DNA from: an uncultured Alphaproteobacteria bacterium
GTDB lineage: Bacteria > Pseudomonadota > Alphaproteobacteria > CAAGCB01 > CAG-977
NCBI GenBank assembly: GCA_944393745.1
Contig: CALYBD010000001.1
Coordinates: 72,628 to 136,627 of the forward strand
Length of the DNA stretch: 64,000 nt
Reading direction: 5' to 3'
Within the stretch, counting starts at the first letter, position 1. Each line of letters opens with the position of its first letter. A program made the translations under genes and the position numbers. Positions 50,023 through 58,093 of this stretch are shown in pieces. Below the pieces are notes generated by a model that saw only the letters and a program-made list of their open reading frames with translations, was not told the origin of the DNA and ran no database searches.

Positions 50023-50191
50023 TCCGAGAGGGGCGAAGTCCCTCTGGCAAGGGCGCAAAAGTTTTGCGCTAACTTGCTATGGTAGATTTTTTCTGCCGCG
50101 GCAAAGAACCGGAAACAAGGGAATACCGATGTAAAAAGATGCTACGAATGAATACGGACGAATACGAATGTAAACGACCGAATACGAACGT

Positions 50192-50878
50192 TTACATTAA
50201 GTTTTTCGCGTATGCGATAAACGGATAATCGTCGGCTCCTTCTTTGATTTTACCGAGATTTTCTTTTGTTCCGATTATCTTAGCCATCACGGCCAAACAG
50301 GCGGCATCAAGCAAATCATCAAATTTGAAAAAAGCGTCCTTTTCCTGTTTTGAGGCTTCTCGCAAAAGTTTTTCAATTCCGGCAACGCCAAGATATTCTT
50401 TCAAAATCAAAAGTCGTTCGGCTTGTCCCGCACCTGTTTTCTTGGGAAAAATCTTTTTGCTGTTGTTTAGCAGTTCAAAGCAAAACTCCGGATGAGATTC
50501 CCAAAAATGAAAAACGTCAGGATTGTTTCCTGCCGCGAACTCTTTTACTTCATAAATTTTGTGCATAATTGCTTTCGTTTGTTCTGACATCGTAATCGTA
50601 TCTTTGATACGGTCATATTCCTCTTCCGTAGGAGGTAAGTTTTCGGGAAGAGAAAAAACAGAATTTTTATTCCCTTTCATAGCATTACGCAACGCTCCGT
50701 CAGGTCTTTTTTTTAAGCCGATCGGCATATCAATCAGAATAATGTCTTTCGGGTTGCTTCTGTTAAAATCAAAGCCTGTTAATTTTTCTTTGACCGTAAC
50801 GTTTGCCACGCCATATTCATTTATAAAAACGGCGATCCATCCGGCAGGACACCCGTCAATCCCCACATATTCAGTCAT
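50192..50878 (-). CDS. DUF429-family protein (predicted RNase H-like fold)
   Basis: N-terminal GIDGCPAGW hallmark. 8-bp overlap with the upstream HD gene. Confidence 0.55.
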   Translation of the reverse strand: MTEYVGIDGCPAGWIAVFINEYGVANVTVKEKLTGFDFNRSNPKDIILIDMPIGLKKRPDGALRNAMKGNKNSVFSLPENLPPTEEEYDRIKDTITMSEQTKAIMHKIYEVKEFAAGNNPDVFHFWESHPEFCFELLNNSKKIFPKKTGAGQAERLLILKEYLGVAGIEKLLREASKQEKDAFFKFDDLLDAACLAVMAKIIGTKENLGKIKEGADDYPFIAYAKNLM

Positions 50879-51425
50879 TTATCAATTCCTTGTATAAAGC
50901 TAAAAACTCATTTTGCACATCTTCGAAAGGACGTATTTGCGATGACAACATAATATGGAGCATTTGGCCGTTATCCGGAATAGGATTTGCTTTCACATCA
51001 TTCTTAAAATAATTTTCAAATTCCCAATACAGCATTGTATCGTCAATCGTGTGCCATAATGCCTGTTCATCGAAAAACGGTTCTATGCAGTGCGAAGCAA
51101 GAGCCGTTAAAATAGCTTTTTCCAATCTGTCTTCGTTTTCCATATATGCTTGTCCTTTAATGGGACGAGGAATATCGCACATATACGCTTCGGAAGCATC
51201 GTGAAGAAGACAACAAAGCTGAATCGTTTTATCGTATCCTCGTGCAGCGGCTTCTTTACAGCAATTTATGGAATGTTCTGCAACGGAATAAAAACGGTTG
51301 AAATGACCGTTTGCACGACATAATAACGACAATGCGTGCGCTATGTCCTCAATTTTGACGGTCGTCGGATCAGGGGTGAGGATATTAAACGATTCTCCGG
51401 TAAAAGTGGAGATAATATTTTTCAT
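50871..51425 (-). CDS. HD-domain phosphohydrolase, YfbR-like (5'-deoxynucleotidase-type)
   Basis: H..VAEHS ... LLHDASE ... D metal-binding motif order typical of YfbR-type HD hydrolases. Confidence 0.6.
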   Translation of the reverse strand: MKNIISTFTGESFNILTPDPTTVKIEDIAHALSLLCRANGHFNRFYSVAEHSINCCKEAAARGYDKTIQLCCLLHDASEAYMCDIPRPIKGQAYMENEDRLEKAILTALASHCIEPFFDEQALWHTIDDTMLYWEFENYFKNDVKANPIPDNGQMLHIMLSSQIRPFEDVQNEFLALYKELIND

Positions 51426-51479
51426 TGGTTTCCCTAAAATAAAAGTTCGGTGCGGGAAGATATTCCCGCACCGAAAGCG

Positions 51480-51716
51480 TTATTTTTTCTTTTTCAGTTC
51501 TTCAGCCACGGCTTTGTTGAAATCTTTTTGCAGCTGATCCATTTTCTTGCGCTTTTCGTTCATTTTCTTCGTATAATCATCAAGCTTCTTTTGTGAATTC
51601 TGCGCCTGTTTCATATAGTTGTCATAGGTTCGTTTTTCCGAATCATACTGACGCTGAACGCTGTCGATTTCACGCTGTAAAGAATCCATATTTTTCTTGA
51701 TTTGTTCACTTGTCAT
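51480..51716 (-). CDS. Small (79 aa) all-coiled-coil protein, unknown function
   Basis: aggagt RBS then ATG MTSEQIKK. Heptad-rich K/E/Q sequence. The longer track ORF (to 51875) runs into the structured repeat and is probably an artefact. Confidence 0.45.
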   Translation of the reverse strand: MTSEQIKKNMDSLQREIDSVQRQYDSEKRTYDNYMKQAQNSQKKLDDYTKKMNEKRKKMDQLQKDFNKAVAEELKKKK

Positions 51717-51794
51717 TTTTTTACTCCTATTAAAGTTAACGACAAAAACAAGATAATTCGTATATACGTCAAAATATGTCATATTAAATTTCTT

Positions 51795-52145
51795 CGTATA
51801 TACAAAGCCCGCCTTAAAAGGCGGGCGGATGTTCAAACACCGTTTATCTATGGACGGCACAGCGGTTTCGCGCATAGCCTTATAACGCCGTCATTGTTAG
51901 AAAGAAAAGATGTATACTCTAATTTAGTAAACAGGCATTTAGCCTGTTTATGTCCGATAGAGAGTTGCAACTCTCTATCGGACGGCAGTTGAACGAACGG
52001 CGCCGACATAGAGATCCGCCCGTTCGGGACAGATTTGCGGCGTATAATTTGTTAGTCGCCATACACAATGCGACATAGATAAAAGGGTGTTTGAAGCCCT
52101 ATGCCTTTCAACAAAGCATATCTGATTTTTAACCAACTTTTTTCA
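51795..52145 (-). ncRNA. Copy A of a structured noncoding element (candidate leader/sRNA, minus sense) upstream of the coiled-coil gene
   Basis: Homologous to copy B, sharing blocks GGATGTTCA.A.ACCGT, GCCGACAT..CCGCC, AGTCGC..GCGAC and AAAAGGGT..CCCT. In minus sense it ends in a gcccgcc/ggcgggc hairpin plus T-run. Calling them repeats is firm; calling them RNA is inferred. Confidence 0.45.
51952..51983. repeat. Perfect 32-bp palindrome (16-bp arms, no spacer) inside copy A
   Basis: gtccgatagagagttg|caactctctatcggac. Absent from copy B. Confidence 0.9.
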
Positions 52146-52557
52146 TAAAGCAAATTAAATTTATCAATGGGATTACAAGAGGAAAAATAAGAGTCAGCAA
52201 AAGTGGCAGGATACGCAATTCGTAATACGAACGCTTGCCGGTGAACTCTGCGAGGCATTTGCCGACGGCAAAGAGGAAAAAAACGCACGGTCGAATTTTT
52301 TATTTTTGCCATCTATCAGCCGGATGATTTTCCGTTGCTAAAAATCCGTTCTTGTTTTACTTTAACAACAGAGGGAATAGTCCATAAAATTATTCTCTCA
52401 TCGGAAATCTTCGGAAGATTTCGGCAAAGGACTTTTTTCTGTTACCTCGCTGTTACCTGCTGCCGTTTTCGATAATATCAAGAAACATCAAAAACATCGT
52501 TTTTATGTTTCACTTCAACAAGTTGTAAAATACCATCAAAACCTTAAACCCGTTGTA

Positions 52558-53010
52558 TTACAAAAGATCAAACATTCCTGTCTGACGCAAAGCTTCGCCC
52601 AATACAACGGCCCCCGAAAGGGCAACATTAACGGATCGGGCTTCCGGACGCATCGGAATACGCAACCGCGCGTCCGCCGCCTGATGCACGAAATCCGGTA
52701 CTCCCGCGCTTTCGCGCCCCAACAGCAAAATATCATCGCGTCTAAAAGAAAATTTCTGATACGGCTCGGATCCCTTTGTCGTCAATAAAACGATCCGCCC
52801 CTGATGAGCGGCATAAAATTTTTCCCACGAATCATGGCGGGTATAATCGACAATATCCAGATAATCCATCCCTGCCCGACGCATTTTTTGATCGTTAAAA
52901 ATAAACCCGCACGGTTCGATAATATCCACGGGAATGTCAAAACACGCCGCCAAACGCATCAATGTACCCGTATTCTGCGGTATATCCGGTTCGTAAAGAG
53001 CTAAACGCAT
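52558..53010 (-). CDS. trmL: tRNA (cytidine/uridine-2'-O)-methyltransferase TrmL (SpoU family)
   Basis: MRLALYEPDIPQNTGTLMRLAACF N-terminus. About 150 aa SPOUT. Confidence 0.8.
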   Translation of the reverse strand: MRLALYEPDIPQNTGTLMRLAACFDIPVDIIEPCGFIFNDQKMRRAGMDYLDIVDYTRHDSWEKFYAAHQGRIVLLTTKGSEPYQKFSFRRDDILLLGRESAGVPDFVHQAADARLRIPMRPEARSVNVALSGAVVLGEALRQTGMFDLL

Positions 53011-53019
53011 ACCGCGCCC

Positions 53020-54123
53020 CTAAACATTAAACAGGAAATGACAAATATCACCGTCCTGAACAACATATGTTTTGCCTTCGGAACGCAGTTTGCCCATTTC
53101 CCGGGCTTTGGCTTCACTTTTGCAGGCAATGAAATCATCATAAGAAATGACTTCGGCCCGAATAAATCCCTTTTCAAAATCGGAATGAATAACACCCGCC
53201 GCCTGCGGCGCCGTCATACCGTCCCGAATTGTCCAAGCCTTTGATTCTTTGGGGCCGACAGTAAAAAATGTTTTTAAATTCAATAGCTTATAGCCAGCCG
53301 CGATTACACGGTTCAATCCCGTTTCCGCCAACCCGAGCGTTTCCAAAAATTCTTTTTGTTCTTCGGCATTTTCCAACAAAGCCACTTCGGCTTCGATTGC
53401 GGCGGAAATTACAACGGCTTGATTACCCTGCTTTTCAGCCATTTCAAAAACACGTTTTGAAAATTCATTTCCCGTTGCCGCCGAAGTTTCGTCAACATTG
53501 CAGACATACAAAACGGGTTTAGACGTCAATAAGTACAGCTGTTTATAAAGCTTTTGTTGTTCTTCATCTTCAAAATGAACGGTACGCGCCGGTTTCCCCG
53601 CGCGCAAAGCGTCTAAAACGGGTTGCATGACGGCAACCATTTCCTTGCCTTCTTTTTCGCCCGCACGGGCTTTTTTTTCAAACGGCACGATCCGGCGTTC
53701 CAAACTGTCCAGATCCGACAGCATTAATTCCGTTTCGATCGTTTCCGCATCACGTACCGGATCAATCGACCCTTCGACATGCGTAATGTCGCTGTTTTCA
53801 AAACAACGCAAAACATGAACAATCGCATCAACTTCCCGGATCGAAGCCAAAAACTGATTGCCCAAACCTTCGCCTTTGGACGCGCCTTTGACCAATCCCG
53901 CGATATCGACAAACTCCAGCTGAGTGTAGATCGTCTGTTTGGAATTTGCCAAATCGGATAAAACCTTTAACCGCGGATCCGGTACGGCCACACGGCCGAC
54001 ATTCGGTTCAATTGTGCAAAACGGATAATTTGCCGCCTGTGCCGCCATCGTTGACGTCAGAGCGTTAAACAAAGTTGATTTACCGACATTGGGCAATCCG
54101 ACAATTCCGCAATTAAATCCCAT
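53020..54123 (-). CDS. ychF: Ribosome-binding ATPase YchF
   Basis: MGFNCGIVGLPNVGKSTLFNALT G1 motif. About 367 aa. Confidence 0.92.
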   Translation of the reverse strand: MGFNCGIVGLPNVGKSTLFNALTSTMAAQAANYPFCTIEPNVGRVAVPDPRLKVLSDLANSKQTIYTQLEFVDIAGLVKGASKGEGLGNQFLASIREVDAIVHVLRCFENSDITHVEGSIDPVRDAETIETELMLSDLDSLERRIVPFEKKARAGEKEGKEMVAVMQPVLDALRAGKPARTVHFEDEEQQKLYKQLYLLTSKPVLYVCNVDETSAATGNEFSKRVFEMAEKQGNQAVVISAAIEAEVALLENAEEQKEFLETLGLAETGLNRVIAAGYKLLNLKTFFTVGPKESKAWTIRDGMTAPQAAGVIHSDFEKGFIRAEVISYDDFIACKSEAKAREMGKLRSEGKTYVVQDGDICHFLFNV

Positions 54124-54126
54124 TTT

Positions 54127-54717
54127 CTATTCCTTTTTGATTTTTTTTTGCTGATAAACCGCCAGTCTGGAAGTAAATTCCGGGACGCCGCCCGATAAAA
54201 CAAAGGGAAACGTTTCGGCGATATCTTCTGACAAAGTCTGAATTTTTTCTAAATCTTCCTTGGGAAAACCGGCAATAATCCAGTTAACGACCGGTTCTGC
54301 ATGCAAAGGATGTCCGATTCCGATTCTGATCCGTGTATATCCCGGCGTGCAGTATTCGTCTATGCTTTTTAACCCGTTATGACCGCCGGCACCGCCGCCG
54401 ACTTTTCCTTTTACTTTTCCGATCGGGCAGTCCATGTCATCATGCAAAACAATGACATTTTGTACCGGTATTTTATAAAAAGACATTGCCGCCGAAACGG
54501 CGCGCCCCGAATTATTCATATACGTTTGCGGTTTTAACAGCAGAATTTTTTGTCCGTCAATCAGGCCTTCGGCCGTTTCCGCGCTAAATCGTTTACGCCA
54601 GGACGAAAAATTATAGCGGCGGAACAGTTCGTCCGCCGCCATAAATCCGACATTATGCCGACTGTTTTTATATTCGGATCCCGGATTCCCAAGACCAACA
54701 ACCAAAAACATCGACAA
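54127..54717 (-). CDS. pth: Peptidyl-tRNA hydrolase
   Basis: VGLGNPGxxYxxxRHNVGF signature. Confidence 0.92.
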   Translation of the reverse strand: MSMFLVVGLGNPGSEYKNSRHNVGFMAADELFRRYNFSSWRKRFSAETAEGLIDGQKILLLKPQTYMNNSGRAVSAAMSFYKIPVQNVIVLHDDMDCPIGKVKGKVGGGAGGHNGLKSIDEYCTPGYTRIRIGIGHPLHAEPVVNWIIAGFPKEDLEKIQTLSEDIAETFPFVLSGGVPEFTSRLAVYQQKKIKKE

Positions 54718-54726
54718 AACCCTTCA

Positions 54727-55380
54727 TTATTCCTTTGCTGCCGTATCGGCTGCAGCAGGAGCCGCAGCTGCATCGGTTGTTTCGGCCGCCGTTGTTTCTT
54801 CAATGGTATCTTCCATCGAAGACGGCGCCGCAATCGCAGCAATGGTCGTATCCATGTCTTCGACGGGCTTGACGCCGGCCGGGAATTTCACATCAGACAT
54901 TTTAACGACATCGCCGATTTCCAAACCGGTCAAATCCACAAACAACGTTTCCGGAATATCCTTGGGTTTACAGGAAACTTCGATCGTACGATAAATCGCG
55001 TTTAACGTACCGCCCAGCTTCAGACCCGGGCAAGCCAGTTCGTTTTCGTACATGACAGGAACTTCGATTTCCAGTTCCGCATTTTCGGAAACGCGCAGAA
55101 AATCGATATGAATCGGACGATCCGTCAACGGATGCGTCTGAATGTCCTGACAGATGGCGTGATACTTGTTTTTGCCGACTTCGATTTCGAACTGGCGCGT
55201 CCAGAAACCTTTCTGGCGCATTTGCGCGTCCAAATCCAAGGCGGAAATAGAGAACATCACGGGTTCTTTCTTTTCACCGTAAATAACACCGGGAATTAAA
55301 CCTGCGCGACGTTCCGCGCGAGCCGCCCCCTTACCTGCCGTTTTGCGTTCATTAACGCGAATGGAAGTAGTTTTAGCCAT
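54727..55380 (-). CDS. rplY: 50S ribosomal protein L25 / general stress protein Ctc
   Basis: L25 N-domain (RxxxGKxxxRRxRRAGxIPGVIYG) with an acidic/Ala-rich C-terminal tail. Confidence 0.88.
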   Translation of the reverse strand: MAKTTSIRVNERKTAGKGAARAERRAGLIPGVIYGEKKEPVMFSISALDLDAQMRQKGFWTRQFEIEVGKNKYHAICQDIQTHPLTDRPIHIDFLRVSENAELEIEVPVMYENELACPGLKLGGTLNAIYRTIEVSCKPKDIPETLFVDLTGLEIGDVVKMSDVKFPAGVKPVEDMDTTIAAIAAPSSMEDTIEETTAAETTDAAAAPAAADTAAKE

Positions 55381-55503
55381 AATATATTTTATCCTTTTAA
55401 AATCAAAACGGTTCTGCCTCCAGGGGTGCCTGAACCGTTATTTTCCGCACCATGCGGAAAGCTTTCGTCTGTTTACACCGTTTTAAAGACAAAAGCAATC
55501 TTT

Positions 55504-56067
55504 TTAACGCTGTTTTTCCCGTACAGCCGTTACTTTATAATCGCCGCCGTATTTGTACAGCAAAATACAGCAGCGGTGCTGCCCGTCAATAATGACATTA
55601 TCTTTATTCAGAACAACAATGCACAAGGCCGGATTATATCCTTTTTCGTTCATTGATTTTTCTAAATTTTCAAAGCGTTCCGGCGTTCTGTCGGCATCAG
55701 CGGGCAGTACCCCCAAATCAATATGTTTTTGAACGTAATCGGCATAAATGCCTTTGTCCCTTGTCTGCAGATATTTAAACGGAGAACACTGCGTTAAAGG
55801 ATACAGCTTTCCGTTCCATTTTCTGCGAATATCTTTTAAAGGAATCTTAACGATTTCCGTTTCTTCTATTAACCCGATGGCATCCGCCGGCAGTCGGATT
55901 CCCTGATCTGCCAGTCGTTGTGACAGCCTTTGGAAATTTTGATATCGGTAAATTTCCCGTATCATGTAGCGATAATTCCAAAATACTATTTTTTTATTCA
56001 GGATTCGAAATGTTTTTCGGATTTTCGTTTTATGAAACGAAAAAATTTTTTGTAGAACTCTGTGCAT
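55504..56067 (-). CDS. ParB/Srx-fold (DGQHR-motif) nuclease-domain protein, inserted between prs and rplY
   Basis: C-terminal VIIDGQHRCCIL motif (a DGxHR core). aagga RBS lies 9 nt before the ATG. Located directly 3' of structured element copy B on the same strand. Confidence 0.45.
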   Translation of the reverse strand: MHRVLQKIFSFHKTKIRKTFRILNKKIVFWNYRYMIREIYRYQNFQRLSQRLADQGIRLPADAIGLIEETEIVKIPLKDIRRKWNGKLYPLTQCSPFKYLQTRDKGIYADYVQKHIDLGVLPADADRTPERFENLEKSMNEKGYNPALCIVVLNKDNVIIDGQHRCCILLYKYGGDYKVTAVREKQR

Positions 56068-56094
56068 TTTCTGAACAATCCTTTTTCCGGTTAA

Positions 56095-56330
56095 ACAAAA
56101 CCTACCTTTGCAGGTAGGCGGATGTTCAGAAACCGTATAAACCTAACACGGCTCGACCTATTGGGCGAATAGCCGTATTCAGCCGACATCCGCCTGCATA
56201 GGACAGAAATCGGCATAAATATTTAAAGTCGCTTTATGCTGTGCGACTAGGTTTAAAAGGGTTTCTGACGCCCTGAATCCGATAAAACCGGATTCATATG
56301 TATACTATCGAAAAATAAAAAAAGAGCAAT
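56095..56330 (-). ncRNA. Copy B of the structured noncoding element (candidate leader/sRNA, minus sense) upstream of the ParB-like gene
   Basis: About 70% conserved blocks with copy A. Internal helices ggcggatgt/acatccgcc and tcagaaacc/ggtttctga. In minus sense it ends in a cctacc/ggtagg hairpin plus TTTTGTTT about 20 nt before the gene RBS. Confidence 0.45.
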
Positions 56331-56333
56331 CAA

Positions 56334-56359
56334 AAAGCCCTCTTAAGAGGGCTTTTAAA
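56334..56359 (-). terminator. Intrinsic terminator of prs
   Basis: aaaagccctcttaagagggctttt. A T-run follows on the minus strand. Confidence 0.7.
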
Positions 56360-56368
56360 AAGTTTCAC

Positions 56369-57301
56369 TTAATAAAACAAACTGGTGACCGAACGTTCTT
56401 CACTGATACGTAAAATCGATTCGCCGACCAGTTCGGCAACGGAAACAACCCGGATATTTCTTGCTTCTTTGACCGCCTGCGTCGGTTCAATCGTATCCGT
56501 AATTACCAAAGATTCCAACGGCGAATCCGTTACGCGCTTTACCGCTTCGCCGGACAATACCCCGTGCGTGACATAAGCATGAACCGAATTTGCCCCGGCA
56601 TTCTTTAACGCAACGGCCGCATTGCACAGTGTTCCGGCCGAATCGACGATATCGTCAACCAAAATGCAATCCTGCCCTTCGACTTCGCCGATAATGTTCA
56701 TCACTTCGGACACACCGGCGCGTTCACGGCGCTTATCAATAATTGCCAAATCGGCATGAAGACGCTTGGCAATCCCGCGCGCACGCACGACACCGCCAAC
56801 ATCAGGCGAAACAATCATCGGCGTTTTATCCCTGAAATGATACATAATATCCTTAACCATCACCGGCGCAGCCATCAGATTGTCGACGGGAATATTAAAA
56901 AATCCCTGAATTTGTCCGGCGTGCAGATCCATTGTCACGACACGGCTGGCTCCGGCGGAAGTAATCAGATCCGCAACCAGTTTGGCCGAAATCGGCGTTC
57001 GCGGCGCAGAACGTCTGTCCTGACGGGCATAACCGAAATAAGGAACGACTGCCGTAATACGACGCGCCGAAGAACGTTTAAACGTATCCAGCATAATCAG
57101 CAATTCCATTAAATGATCGTTGACCGGAGAACTGGTCGGCTGAACAATAAACACGTCCTGTCCGCGAACGGTTTCCTGCACTTCGACAAAGATTTCATTG
57201 TCGGCAAAGCGGCGGACCGAACATTTTGACAACGACATATCCATATAAGCCGCCACCGCCTGCGCGAACGGGATATTGCTGTTTCCTGAAAAAACTTTCA
57301 T
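56369..57301 (-). CDS. prs: Ribose-phosphate pyrophosphokinase
   Basis: [10 protein letters not shown]-terminus and PRPP-binding loop DDIVDSAGT. Confidence 0.93.
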   Translation of the reverse strand: MKVFSGNSNIPFAQAVAAYMDMSLSKCSVRRFADNEIFVEVQETVRGQDVFIVQPTSSPVNDHLMELLIMLDTFKRSSARRITAVVPYFGYARQDRRSAPRTPISAKLVADLITSAGASRVVTMDLHAGQIQGFFNIPVDNLMAAPVMVKDIMYHFRDKTPMIVSPDVGGVVRARGIAKRLHADLAIIDKRRERAGVSEVMNIIGEVEGQDCILVDDIVDSAGTLCNAAVALKNAGANSVHAYVTHGVLSGEAVKRVTDSPLESLVITDTIEPTQAVKEARNIRVVSVAELVGESILRISEERSVTSLFY

Positions 57302-57322
57302 TTTTTATTCCTTATCCTGTAA

Positions 57323-58093
57323 TTAAAACAAGGCTTCGTCCAACAACCCGATGACAGAAATCTGTCGTCCGCTGTTTTCGCCTTTTTGTGCCGAACGGCG
57401 GTAAGAAAAGTATTCTTTTTCCAAAGCATACGTATCTTCTCCGACCCATTCGGCGGCTCCGATTCCCTGACGTTCCAGCCTGGCCAAAACATATCCGGGC
57501 AAATCGAATCTGTAAGTTCCCGCCCCGGCGGGGACAAAAAACAAAGACGCTTTTGCATCTGCCTGCAAAAAAGCTTCCTTCATATCTTCGCCGACTTCAT
57601 ACGACTGCGGCGCAATGCACGGCCCGATCAAAGCGGAAATATTATCCGTTTCGGCACCCATTTCGACCATTGTTTGCACCGTGTTTTCCAAAATGCCGCC
57701 GACGGCTCCGCGCCAGCCTGCGTGTGCCGCCGCAACAATGCCGTTTTGAGCATCAGCCAGTAAAACAGGAGCACAATCCGCCGTTTTAATTCCCAAAAAG
57801 ATATTGGACTGATTCGTCACCAAAGCATCACCGTACGGTGTTTTTTCAAACGGTTCTCGTGACGTAACGGGAACGACAATAGACGAATGCGTTTGATGCA
57901 GCACAAATAATTTTTCCACGGTACAGCCCAGATTACCGGCGACGCGACGCATATTTTCACGTACTTTTGCCGGATCATCACCAACCTTGACCGAACAGTT
58001 CAAAGAAGCAAAGCCGCCCGTTGAAACACCGTTTTTGCGGTTAAAAAAACGAGACCGGATATTTTCGGGAAAATAAAGAGTCGTTGTCATCAA
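57323..58093 (-). CDS. pgeF: Peptidoglycan editing factor PgeF (YfiH/DUF152 laccase-domain protein)
   Basis: Conserved His/Cys ligand pattern (HxxxV..., ADC, HAGWRG). 4-bp overlap with the upstream gene. Confidence 0.8.
   Translation of the reverse strand: MMTTTLYFPENIRSRFFNRKNGVSTGGFASLNCSVKVGDDPAKVRENMRRVAGNLGCTVEKLFVLHQTHSSIVVPVTSREPFEKTPYGDALVTNQSNIFLGIKTADCAPVLLADAQNGIVAAAHAGWRGAVGGILENTVQTMVEMGAETDNISALIGPCIAPQSYEVGEDMKEAFLQADAKASLFFVPAGAGTYRFDLPGYVLARLERQGIGAAEWVGEDTYALEKEYFSYRRSAQKGENSGRQISVIGLLDEALF

Larger units (their letters stand above)
48653..52462. mobile_element. Putative integrated element (about 3.8 kb) bounded by imperfect direct repeats, carrying a tyrosine integrase and low-GC cargo
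   Basis: Left repeat gttacctccgtgttacctc (48663-48681) and right repeat gttacctcgctgttacctg (52441-52459), both preceded by cttc(c)ggaag. The integrase starts 22 bp inside the left repeat. Cargo GC is lower than the flanks. Confidence 0.45.

Noticed and set aside
51717-51875. Longer N-terminal extension of the coiled-coil ORF (start at 51875)
   Set aside because: The extension reads through the terminator-like hairpin of copy A and lacks an RBS. The internal ATG at 51716 has a good AGGAGT RBS.
52052-52312. 86-aa ORF (minus) overlapping structured element copy A
   Set aside because: It is composed largely of the hairpin and palindrome sequences of the repeat. It has no RBS, and the noncoding interpretation explains the region better.
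56095-56330. Considered whether the two structured elements are CRISPR repeats, tRNA-derived SINEs or the two ends of one large island spanning 51.8-56.3 kb
   Set aside because: They are not short regularly spaced repeats, and no cas genes are present. The DNA between them is the conserved core cluster trmL-ychF-pth-rplY. So they are independent insertions of a homologous element rather than the ends of one island.
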